This document shows positions 11,887-23,653 of a stretch of DNA of 64,000 bases, piece by piece. A model generated the notes under the pieces. The model ran no database searches, had not been told where the DNA came from, and was given only the letters and a program-made list of their open reading frames with translations. Both the position numbers and the translations under genes were made by a program. Positions within the stretch are counted from its first letter, which is position 1, and each line of letters starts with the position of its first letter. This DNA is from Octopus sinensis (Eukaryota): the NCBI RefSeq assembly GCF_006345805.1, contig NW_021833432.1, forward strand, positions 1-64,000, given 5' to 3'.

Positions 11887-12234
11887 CGTGTGCATATATG
11901 CATAAAAAGGTACATATTTACAATATTTTTAGGAAGAATATATATTATGTATATAAATATAATTAGAGGATGTGTAAACCTCATGAAAGGATGGTTTCAT
12001 CCAAAGAAATTCAAATACCTAGTATTTTCAGGGAATGAATTTCCTGCAAATAATAGGTATATATAAAAAACAGTTCACATTCATTTAAAAGGAGAAAAGA
12101 AAATGAAGATTAAGAAGTCAATAATTGTTCATTATTCACAGCAAATTGGTCATCTTCACTTACACCTGTTTCAGTTGAGACTCAATAAACATTGAATTTA
12201 CATTAATGGGACATCAGAGCAAAAAAGGTGTACA

Positions 12235-12285
12235 TTTTTTTTTCTCCAAACTTCATGTTTATGCAAGTTCCGATCACACCGACGT
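12235..12285 (+). pseudogene. Short degenerate duplicate of the terminal-exon acceptor and first codons, fused to a SINE
   Basis: tttttttttctccaaacttcatgtttatgcaagttccgatcacaccgacgt aligns with 10035-10088 (ttttttctctccaaacttttttcttgtttatgcagattccgatcgcaccgacgt). Confidence 0.75.
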
Positions 12286-12463
12286 AGGCGCAGGAGTAGC
12301 TGTGTGGTAAGTAGCTTGCTTACCAGCCACATAGTTCTGGGTTCAGTCCCACTGCGTGGCACCTTGGGCAAGTGTCTTCTACTATAGCCTCGGGCCGACC
12401 AATGCCTTGTGAGTGGATTTGGTAGACGGAAACTGAAAGAAGCTCGTATATATATATATATAT

Positions 12464-12525
<62 letters not shown>

Positions 12526-12754
12526 GTATGTGTGTGTGGTATATGTGTGTGTCTGTGTTTGTCCCCCTAACATCGCTTGACAACCGATGCCGGTGTGTTT
12601 ACGTCCCCGTAACTTACCAGTTCAGCAAAAGAGAGCGATAGAATAAGTACTAGGCTTACAAAGAATAAGTCCTGGAATCAATTTGCTCAACTAAAGGCGG
12701 TGCTCCAGAATGGCCGCAGTCAAATGACTGAAACAAGTAAAAGTGTAAAAGAGT
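12286..12754 (+). mobile_element. SINE family A, full length
   Basis: Same head, core, internal TA/TG tract and tail as 3813. Confidence 0.9.
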
Positions 12755-13603
12755 ATTTGGATGTTATATGTGTGCTTATCAATTCACTTTAGCAGAAAAT
12801 GACCAATTTTCTGTCAATACTAAACAATTATTAAATTCCAAATCTCCGTTTACTTTTCTTCTATTATATATGTGTGTGTTTTTGTACGTGAGTGTGTGTG
12901 TGTCTGTTCGTGCGTGTGTGCGTATGTGTGTGCAGTTAGATAGACGGATATAGATATATTGATATATACATACATATAAAGTGTAAGTGTACTTATATAT
13001 ATATATGTATACATATATATATCTATGTATATGTGTGTATATGTGTGTGTTTGTGTGTGTGTGTGTGTGCGTGCGTGTGTGAGTCTGTGATTGTGTAGTG
13101 AATCCAGGATGCACGAATCTATTATCCACCATCTACATCTATCACTGTACGTGGTTGAACACATCAGCCATATTGTTTTCTAGAGTTCCTCCCCTTTCAG
13201 TTCTTAATTATAACACTTCAGTGCAAGGGACAATCCACAATCACTTCCATGTTGCCTGAACCAAAATAACTAACAATTATTAATTATGTATCCCTAATTC
13301 CTCCCGAATTTGCGCTTCATTTTGCAGCAGTGCATAAATTAAATATCAGTCCAGAATTATGGCCGATAGAGAGTCCTATACACCTGTCATGAATTTCTGT
13401 CGTCGTCGTAATGTTAGAAAATACAACAGCAGAAACTACAGCTATTGTTATTGAACGGTGGTGTTCTTGTTGTTCATGGAAAAGCATGAAGTTATTATGA
13501 AAGGAATGAATGCTGTTGTTGATTTTGACTTTACTGCTTCAGACAATTTTTGACTCGAAGACGTGTATTGACGTAGTTTCCAGCATAAACACGGTGTGCG
13601 CCT

Positions 13604-13636
<33 letters not shown>

Positions 13637-13682
13637 AACACATACACACACACACAAACACACACACACATACACACACACA

Positions 13683-13726
<44 letters not shown>

Positions 13727-13854
13727 TATATTCACATGTGTATACATATATGTATGTGTGCATGTATGTATATACAAACATGGATATATACATCAGTCCT
13801 TGTCTCTCCCTCACTCCCTCTCAATATACATATACGCATATATATATATCATAC

Positions 13855-13886
<32 letters not shown>

Positions 13887-14238
13887 GTGTGTATATGTAT
13901 ATGTGCATTGTGCGTATGAGTACGTATGTTCCTCCTCTCACACATGCACATATATGCATATGCATAATATATACCTACATAATACCTACCTGCCTTCATA
14001 TATATATATACATACATACATACATAAACACACACACACATATATATGTATATATGTATATATACATAGACACACACGTACACACATATATGTAACATAC
14101 TCAATATGGTAATCATTATCTCCTTCTTGAAGTGAAAGAGAATGTTTATTTTATTATTCATATTTCTTACTTCGTCTTATTGTTGTTCATTTCTTCTGGT
14201 GCGCGTTCCTCTTCATTGTTGCTTTTTTGCTGCTATCG

Positions 14239-14270
<32 letters not shown>

Positions 14271-14559
14271 GCTGATCTTTTTGCTGTTTAGTTATTGTTT
14301 TTGTGTTAATGTTATTTCTATTGTTGTTGTTTTTTGCCGTTATTATTTTCTTTTTTTTCTTCTCTGGAATATCTTGGATGCCACCAAATATACTCGAAGA
14401 AAACAAGATGAAACGAATGTGAAATAGGACACTGAATATAAAAGGAGGAAATTAGCTGGTGGACTATATTAACAATGACATTGAGAAGACGAATAGTAGT
14501 AATAATGATGATGATGATGGTGATGATGATGATGATGATGATAATAATAATAATAATGA

Positions 14560-14591
<32 letters not shown>

Positions 14592-14599
14592 ATATTGAT

Positions 14600-14648
<49 letters not shown>

Positions 14649-14727
14649 TAATAATAATAAAGTAATTATAATAAAAGTAATAACAACATTACATGCGCGT
14701 AACAATGCATGTGTGTGTGTATGTATG

Positions 14728-14761
<34 letters not shown>

Positions 14762-14940
14762 ATATATATATAAAGCCTGAAAGAGAGGTGCTTCTGATAG
14801 AGGCCTCCCAAACTTTAAGACGCATGGAAACATATCAAACTGCTTGACATGATAATAATGATGATGATAATAATAATAATGACTACACTAAATCTGGTGG
14901 TGGTGGTGTGGTGGTTGTTGTGGTGTGGAGGGCTAAGTAG

Positions 14941-15073
14941 ATTAACTGGTACTTATTTTATCGATCCTAAGGCAAAGGCAATGTCGACTTTTGTGGAGTC
15001 GGAACTCAGAACGTAAAGACGGACGAAATGCCGCTAAGCATCTTTCCCAGTGTGGTAACGACTCTACCAGCTC
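14941..15073 (-). mobile_element. SINE family B, 5' part
   Basis: Reverse complement of gagctggtagagtcgtta...ttacgttctgagttcc...gatcgataaaataagtaccag. Confidence 0.7.
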
Positions 15074-15125
<52 letters not shown>

Positions 15126-15598
15126 ATATCTTTTAATTACGTTTACAGGATACGTTTTGAATAGGTACATAAAAGTTCCTATTGAATTATGTCCACTACA
15201 GCCTAATGATGCCACCTAGCAACAATCAGTTTTTTGGGGTGGCACTGAGCTGTACCGATATAATGTAGGATATAGTAATAACAATAATAGTCCTTGATTG
15301 GAATTTATAAATATTTATATATATGTATGTATTATTTTCTGCGCAAAATAAAAATAATTGATAATAAACAACAACAATAATATAGGTAGTTGCAAGCGTT
15401 AAATAGCGTTAGATAGCTATAGAATTGAAATTCGTACTTATCAAAATGGCACACGAGGCGCCTAGCTGTTAGAAAGAGTTAAAACCTCCAGATAAACCAT
15501 TGAATAATACAACAGAATACAACAGTATTTGGGCAAACGGGTAAAGAATCTAGATATACCATCGCAGCTAAATGCTTTATAATCTGGCATTTGGATAC

Positions 15599-15653
15599 TC
15601 TTGTATCATGGTTTCGAGTTCTGACGAAAAAGTCATAACTCTCATCAGAAAGA
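15599..15653 (-). ncRNA. Type I hammerhead-ribozyme-like motif, slightly decayed
   Basis: Minus strand: tcttt CTGATGA gagtt a tgac tttttc gtca g aactc GAAA c catg ATA caaga. Canonical core, 9-bp stem II; one mismatch at the base of stem I and one in stem III. Confidence 0.55.
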
Positions 15654-15956
15654 TTTACCAAGTGAAAAAATTCAACTCGGTTCGTTGAAGTCTGCTGGTG
15701 TTCTGAATTTCTGTGCGCCAAATATCAGAACAGCTTCAGTGTAAATGTATTAATATGGAGTAAATATTCAAATGTGAATATTCATATAAATATCATTATT
15801 ATTATTATCTGCGGTAAATATGAATAATTGATAATAACAACAACAATAATATAGGTGGTTCAAGGCTTTAAATTGCGTTAGATAGTTATTGAATTAAAAT
15901 TTATATATCAAAGGACACGAGATGCCTACATGCAAGAAAGTAACTCCCACTATATA

Positions 15957-15992
<36 letters not shown>

Positions 15993-16000
<8 letters not shown>

Positions 16001-16911
16001 AAAGGGCTTAGTAAAATAAATTACTTTGCCGCATACTGAACTCATTAGAAATAGTAGCTAAAAAAACTTTTTTAAACTATTTCTAATACTTAAGAAAACC
16101 TCTCTCATATAGTGTTTGCTCAATCAACTCACGAAAGTATGGGGGTAAAGACATTAAAAAATCAAATGCAAGGTTATTTGAGAACGTACGTTTCAAGATT
16201 AGTAAACTCGACATTTCTATCATCAGCTCAGAACTCCTTGGTTTGGATTTGAAAACACTGAAAGTGTGAGCATACCCTTTCGGCTTCTTATCGCTTCTGA
16301 AGATCTGCTCGAAACTAACAGTGCCAGCAACTCAAATATGCAAGCGAAGAATTTCTGTTCTCCCTTTCCACCAGCGTGGGTTAAAATCAGTAAACACTAT
16401 GCTTTTTTCGGTAAAATCCGAGGCATTAATAGAGAGAGATGAATTATAATTTCAACAATTGAGGGTAAAATTAATTAATTATTAATCAATTTCACCAAGC
16501 ATAGTGTTTACTGATTTTAACCCACGCTGGTGGAAAGGGGAGAGCAGAAATTCTTCGCTTGCATATTTGAGTTTGCTGGCACTGTTAGTTTCGAGCAAAT
16601 CTTCAGAAGCGATAAGAAGCCGAAAGGGTATGCTCCCACTTCAGTGTTTTCAAATCCAAACCAAGGAGTTCTGAGCTGATGATAGAAATGTCGAGTTGAC
16701 TAATCTTGAAACGTACGTTCTCAAATAACCTTGCATTTGATTTTGTAATGTCTTTACCCCCATACTTTCGTGAGTTGAATTGAGCAAACACTATATGAGA
16801 GAGGTTTTCTTTAGTATTAGAAATAGTTTTAAAAAAGTTTTTTTTAGCTACTATTTTAATGAGTTCAGTATGCGGCAAAGTAATTTATTTTACTAAGCCC
16901 TTTTATATAAT
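15993..16911. repeat. Long inverted repeat: ~412-bp arms, 92-bp loop
   Basis: 15993-16404 is the reverse complement of 16497-16911, with only scattered substitutions and 1-nt indels. Confidence 0.95.
16662..16733 (+). ncRNA. Hammerhead-like motif in the inverted-repeat arm (mirror copy 16169-16240 on -)
   Basis: tgag CTGATGA tagaaatgtcgagttgactaatctt GAAA cgtac GTT ctca. Stem I tgag/ctca, palindromic stem III acgtacgt; stem II imperfect (U.U at its base). Confidence 0.35.
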
Positions 16912-16958
16912 GTAATAATTAGAATTCGCCTTAATGGTCCCTTTGCATACTGAATACT

Positions 16959-17096
16959 GGTGAAATTGATTAATAATTAATTAATTTTACCCTCAATTGT
17001 TGAATTATATATATATATATATATAATATTATATATAATATATATATGCAATAAAGGTGGAATATAATTAATTTAATAAAATAATCAATTTCACCT
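16959..17096. repeat. Older inverted repeat around a (TA)n tract
   Basis: ggtgaaattgattaataattaatt ... (TA)n ... aattaatttaataaaataatcaatttcacc. Confidence 0.6.
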
Positions 17097-17213
17097 AGTA
17101 GATTTGTCGCATATATCTGGGTAAAAACGGTAAGATAACAAAAGAAAGAAAGAGAATTCAATATTATGTAAATAGAGGAAATTTATCTATAAAATAATAT
17201 GTACAATTATACA

Positions 17214-17315
17214 ATAGTCAAGATAAAACTGTGAGTTTCGGATGCCGAAGTGGAAATCCACAACAACATCTCTTCTATTATTCTGGGCAGATAACTCACA
17301 GTTTTATCTGACTAT
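17214..17315. repeat. Short fold-back (~23-bp arms) enclosing a decayed copy of the 18581 hammerhead
   Basis: atagtcaagataaaactgtgagtt / aactcacagttttatctgactat; interior gatgccgaagtggaaatccacaac is shared with 18608-18630. Confidence 0.7.
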
Positions 17316-17376
17316 ATATATATACATATATGTGCATATATATATATATATATATAATATATATATATATACATAC

Positions 17377-17433
<57 letters not shown>

Positions 17434-17511
17434 TATATATATATAATATTATTAAGTAAAAAGATGGGAATATTTGATGGATATAATTTATTAACATTTT
17501 TAATATATATA

Positions 17512-17566
<55 letters not shown>

Positions 17567-18525
17567 CATATTCGAGTTATAGTTGATCAAATAGTCCTTC
17601 GTACATGACTTGCACTTTTTTTATTTATTAAGACCCGAATGTGACAAGGTAAAATAATTTGCATGGATGAGATATAATCTCAAGGTAGAAAACATTGCCA
17701 CGGTATATTTTTCACTTCATTTTGTCGGAGTCCAAGATAGTCGGTTTCGATATTACTAACTTGTCGAACGAGATACTTGCAGTGTCTGTTCAAAATTGTT
17801 GCTTTCTGAATTCCAGTTATGTCGTGTAGAACAGCAGCAGCCTCCTCCTTGTGGATGAGGACAAGAAATTTGGAGAAATGTGAGATATCGATAGAAAATA
17901 CACCTATGTCAAACAGAATGACGTGTCGTTTGGTGCAACATATCCCGCACGCCGTAATATTAAAAACGAGTAAAAATATTCTGGTATAAAATCTAGAACA
18001 GGACACAGATACATACGTACATACGCACATATTGACACACGTGCACAAAAGGATGCACATATCCATACGTATAAAATAAATAAATAAATAAAAATAAAAT
18101 TAGACCATATTTGTCGAAAACATGTTTGGAGTTATTTTATTTTCAGAAATAAAAAAGAAAAATTTAAAATTTATGGAAAGAAATGTTCATAAACCGTTGT
18201 TGTTTATCAAAATCTGACATTGCTTCCATATTTTCCGTGTAATTCCTGTTCATGGAATGGCAGAGTGGAAAAAAAAAAGCATAGGTTTAAATTTGTTGTC
18301 TTAGAAACAAGGTCGGTTTGATTGACAAATTGTTGCTAAAAGCGTCGATCTGGGTGGCTTTTTTTTTGTTTTTTGTTTTTGTAAACCAGCAGCAACAACA
18401 ACAAGAGCAATAACAAGAAATAGTTCTTAGATAACACTCAATGTTTGCTTATGCGTTTTATATTGCTTGTGGAATTATTTTATTTCACATATCTTTCGGT
18501 TGTTACGACAACGAATCGGATGGCC

Positions 18526-18556
<31 letters not shown>

Positions 18557-18580
18557 TATACAATATGTTACATTACTCGG

Positions 18581-18654
18581 TAGTCAAGATAAAACTCTGA
18601 GTTTCAGATGCCGAAGTGGAAATCCACAACACCATCTCCTCGGTTATCTGGCTA
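18581..18654 (-). ncRNA. Hammerhead-like motif in the 3' region of a Penelope-like element
   Basis: Minus strand: tagccagataa CCGAGGA gatg...gtggatttccac...catc t GAAA ctcaga GTT ttatcttgacta. ~11-bp stem I, stem III actc/gagt; core has U4C. Lies ~190 nt after the GIY-YIG ORF stop, same strand. Confidence 0.5.
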
Positions 18655-19560
18655 TTTGAAAACGTTATGAAAAAATACCGTTAAAAATGAAGGGAAATTA
18701 CTCTGTTATAACTCTGCTTTGCCTGCGTACTTAACATCGCTCGCATTTTTCGTCATAAAAAATTATATAAAACCATAAAAATATATAAAAATATATAAAA
18801 ATATATAAAATCTTCTTGGGACATAACACAGAAAGCATGTTCTATCCGTTTTCTTTAGGAGACCAAAAACGTAACAGAAATTTAGTCACATGTGGGCATG
18901 ATCCGAAAAGCTCTGTCCTTGTATTTAGACATGTGGTAGGGTCTAAGCTGCTTTTCCAGATAAGCCATCTCTCCATGTCGCATAAACCGCACCTTCCGCT
19001 GCCGTTAGTATAGGGCTTACATCTGGCCAAAATCTTCCATTGTATGTTATAATCGACACCTTTATCTCTTAAAGACCAAATATGATTGGATAATTGTGTC
19101 GCTTTTCTTTTGTTCCAGTGCCTAAAGCTCAAAGTGTGGTTATTGAACCTGGCCTTGAAATTACCCTCTGTTAGGCCCACGTATTTCTTCGTCGAAACGG
19201 TGTCTTTAGTGGTTATAGAGTTTACGGTAGCTTCATATATGATGGTCTTGGACATGCAAGCTCCATTTAGCGGGCACAATTCTTTATTCCTGCATGAACA
19301 GCTGTTTTCTTCTTGTGTTTTTAGTATGTTATGATTGATTATGTTTTTAAAATTGTAGTTAAACTAAAACTAATTTTAAATTGTGTCTATTGAAGAGTTT
19401 CCTATAAGCATGGTTAACTGGAAAATGTCTATCTATCAGTGCTAGGAAATATTTACCTATATTGAAGGCCACCTCGGGTGAGTAAGGGGGCGTAAACCAG
19501 ATGACCTTCTTATTTCTATTATTCCTTTTCCTTACTGTTGGGCTGGTGATAGGTGTATAT
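18581..19560 (-). mobile_element. 5'-truncated Penelope-like retroelement: thumb, Cys linker and GIY-YIG endonuclease
   Basis: VIWFTPPYSPEVAFNIGKYFLALIDRHFP, CSCRNKELCPLNGAC, IIYEATV...YVGLTEGNFKARFNNH...RCGLC. Frameshifts upstream of ORF 18842-19279. Confidence 0.9.
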
Positions 19561-19770
19561 TTTATTTTTTCGCTAAAATTTTTAGCGTTAGGGACGTATT
19601 AAGGGATCCATTTGTTTCGTCAGGGGAGATATTCCTGTACATAGAAATCAGAACAGATTTTATAGTGAAGAGAAATATGAGTGATTTAAATGGCTTTATA
19701 GCGGTTTTGACTGCTATTCTAAAGTTGTATGGGTTTTGTAATTGTGACTTGTTCCTAATTATAAATATGC

Positions 19771-19808
<38 letters not shown>

Positions 19809-19975
19809 ACACATAGACACACACATATAGGGTGTATGTATGCATGAATCCATATATATGTCCATATGTATGTGTGTATGTGTGTATGGACATACCTGTA
19901 TATATATTAATGTGTGCGTGCATATATATATGCATACACACCAATATGTATATATGTATGTATATATATTATTAT

Positions 19976-20029
<54 letters not shown>

Positions 20030-20089
20030 TCCTTATGTCTTTTATTTACTTAATATAAATTATAAACAGCATATCATAATGGTTTCAAA

Positions 20090-20830
20090 TGTTACTCATT
20101 TTATCGAATCCGAAAGAATGAAAGGCAAAGTCGACCTTTGCGGTATTTGAACTCAGAACGTAATAGACGGACAAAATGCTTAGCGGCATTTAGTCCGGCG
20201 CAGTAACGTCTTTGTCAACGATTTATAAATATTCCATATTAAACAGGATCACAGTGAGTGTGTAACTTCGATGTTTCACTCATAAAGCAATGCTTGATCT
20301 GAATTTATCTGAAATGATCTCGTCCAAAATCCCAGGAACTGACACAAACCGGAACCTCGTAATTGCGAAACGCGAACTGCTTGCCCAATTAAATGTACTC
20401 CTTCAATATACCCCAAAATACGGAAAATAGAGTATATTGATTTTAAATGTTGGCACAAAGCCAAAACATCTCGGAGGAGGGATTAAGTCGATTACATCGA
20501 CCTCGAAGCTCAACTGGTCCCTTATTTTATCAACCTCGAGAGAATGAAAGGCAAAGTCAAACTTGGCGGAATTTGAACTTAGAACATGAAGTCGGACGAA
20601 ATGCAGCTAAGAATTTTGTCCGGTGTGCTAACGATTCTGCATAAAATATGGCAGAAAGCCGGTTATTTTAGGGTAGGAACTAAGTCGATTAAATTGACTC
20701 CCGGTAATCAACTGGTATTTGTTTTTATTGATCCCGAAAGGACGAAAGTCAACCTAGGCATGATTTGAACATAGAACATAGATGGACGAAATGCTGCTAA
20801 GCATATTGTCCGGCGTGCTAACGATTCTCT
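20090..20830 (-). mobile_element. Three SINE family B fragments in the same orientation
   Basis: gaatgaaaggcaaagtcgac...atttgaactcagaac...gacggacgaaatgc-like block recurs at ~20115, ~20540 and ~20740. Confidence 0.75.
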
Positions 20831-21568
20831 TTATATATTACTACAGATATATGCAAATGCACGCACGCAAAAACTCTCACATGTAGACTCACACACACGT
20901 ACGAACACACACAGACACACGTGACGTTCTAATCTTTATAGGTAAAAATAAAAAAAAAAACGATATATATGTGGTGTCTATTTTTATCTCGCTCGAATTT
21001 AACATTGGTTTACATGTCTACACCACTGCTAGAACATCACATACTATTCTTTCTAATATACCTTTCATAAGTGAATGCACGCATGCATACATACATACAT
21101 ACACACGCATACATACATACATACATACATACATACATACATACATACATACATACATACATACATACATACATACATACACGCTTGAACGTGTGCGCAT
21201 AGACAAATACGCACGCAATAACACATAGCAATCCGTGTATCATATTTGAAGCAGATACATTGCTGAAAGCCTAATTGACTGCAGTATTCTTCCTAAGATA
21301 GCATCTCTTTTGGACGTACAGCGTTAAAAGCACAAAACTATATCAGTAGTAGACGAAGATGGTCCAGTAACTGCAGCAGCAGTGGTTGTTTTGTTAGATA
21401 CACATTTCTCCCTCATTGCACTTCATCAATAGCAAGAATCCTCAGGCATAGCGAATTTTTACTGAGCTGGCCGGCTAATTGTAATATCAGCGATTTTTCA
21501 GTCATTGTTTTCCTCAGTCATTCAGAAATGCATTTTGTTCGACACGCTATACATACGAACACACACGC

Positions 21569-21605
<37 letters not shown>

Positions 21606-21671
21606 CACAAACGCGCGTGCACCTCTACACACACCACCACACACATATATATATTATTATTATTATATATT

Positions 21672-21768
<97 letters not shown>

Positions 21769-22089
21769 GATAATAATAATAATAATAATTCCATGATGTC
21801 TAATTAAGTTTTATTGATACATGGTTGATCAATGAAATGGATATTGAGATGAATTAAGAAATGTTAGACACCCATATCGTACTCTAAATATAATTTATGT
21901 CGTCTCCACAATAAATACCATACCGATATCCGGCATTAAGAAGCACTAATAGTAGCAGTGACACCAACACCACCACCACCATCTCTTCGTCGAGGGCGTC
22001 GTCATCATTATCGTGGTCGCCGTCATTATCGACTTTTTCACTGTTGCTTTGATGGTAGCTAAGAAGCAGTGTATCGCAGTATCCATTAT

Positions 22090-22342
22090 CTTGTATTTGT
22101 TTCAGTCATTAGTCTGCGGCCATGCTGCAGCACTGCCCTGAAGAATTTTTATCGAAAAAAATTGATCCCAGTATTTATTCTTTTTAAAGCTTGGTAATAT
22201 TCTATTAATATCTTTTGCCGAACCGCTATGTTGTAGTTTCTCAAGCAGTGATGGGGGAGAATGGTGAAGAAACACAGAGAATGGGAGACAAGCACTCATA
22301 ATTATAAATACATATATACGACGGGCTTCTTTCAGTTTCTGT
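22090..22342 (-). mobile_element. SINE family A, 3' half
   Basis: ttgtttcagtcattagtctgcggccatgctg...acgacgggcttctttcagttt. Confidence 0.7.
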
Positions 22343-22343
22343 T

Positions 22344-22560
22344 TTATTACTCCTGCTTTAGCAAAGGCAGAGGTATTGTTTTCAGTCGTGTTTGTTTGTT
22401 TGTTTGTCCGTTGACAATATATCTCAAGAACCATTGGATGGATTCGGATGAAACTTTCAGGGATGTTTGGCCTCGTGACTGGCAGGAACTGATTAGATTT
22501 TGGAATTAATCTGGTACTGGACAAGGATTCTGAATTATTATATTTTTTTTTACTTTATGC
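22344..22560 (+). mobile_element. Helentron-associated (HINE/DINE-1-like) non-autonomous element fragment
   Basis: Starts ttattactcctgctttagcaaaggcagaggtattgttttc, then (GTTT)n and ggatgaaactttcaggg...ttagattttgga; recalled HINE-type layout. Confidence 0.5.
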
Positions 22561-22875
22561 TTGAGAGCAGTCGGGTTCATTTTTAGTATTCTCTTGGGGG
22601 GGGGTGCATGTGTGTTTGGATGTGTGTGTGTGGATATGTGTGATAGTTTATCTTTGTGTTTCTGTTTGTCTCCCATCGTCGTTTCAAAGCTGGTGTTGAT
22701 GTGTTTCCGTCCCCTGTGACATAGCGGTTCGGCAAAAGTTATCGATAGAATAAGTGCCAGTCTTAGAAAACAGTACTGGGGTCGATTCATTCGAGTGAAA
22801 CGTCTTTAAGGCGGTGCGTGATCATGACTGCAGACTAATGAGTGACCGAAACAATAAAAGATAAAAAGTATCCTT

Positions 22876-23308
22876 TCATTCTTTTGCTTGTTCCAGTTAT
22901 TTGACTACGACCATGCTGGAGCACAGTCTTAAAGCTTGTTAGTCGAACAAATCGGCCCCAGGAATTATTCTTTGTAAGGCTAGTACTTATTCTATCGTTC
23001 TCTTTTACCGAACCGAGAAATTACGGGGACGAAAACACACCAACATCTGTTGTGAAGCGATGGTGGAAGGACGAACACAGACGCAAAGACATACACACGT
23101 AAATAGATATGTAAACACACACACACATACACACATATATGTATGTATACGACGGGCTTCTTTCAGTTTCCGTCTACCAAATCCCCTCACAAGGCTTTGG
23201 TGGGCTCGAGGCTAGAGTAGAAGACACTTGCGCAAGGTTCCATGCAGTAGGACTGAACCCGGAACCATGTGGTTGGGATGCAAGCTTCTTGCTACACAGC
23301 CATACCTG
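22876..23308 (-). mobile_element. SINE family A, near full length; tail-to-tail with a + strand 3' half at 22620-22870
   Basis: Reverse complement of family A head, core and tail. Confidence 0.8.
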
Positions 23309-23613
23309 AATATATTTGAACTAGAGGATTTATTACCTACACTATGGAAAGGAAACAGATGCGAATATGTCAAAAGCGCTAATGATTCTCCCATCTCACC
23401 ACTGCCTTATAAAAACGACGACAACACCAACAGCAACAACAACAACAGCAGCAACAGTGCTGCTGCTTCTGGTTACATTTTGACGCAAGGCCAGCAAGTT
23501 TATGGGTTTGGGATAAATCTATGACATCAATCACAGTAATTGAGTGATATCTTATTTAAGCAACATCAGAGAGATAAAAGGCAAGTCACATGTAATACTG
23601 GTTATTGAAACTA

Positions 23614-23653
<40 letters not shown>

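Noticed and set aside
16285-16325. CTGAAGA tctgctc GAAAC in the inverted-repeat arm
   Set aside because: No stem II and a G at the cleavage position.
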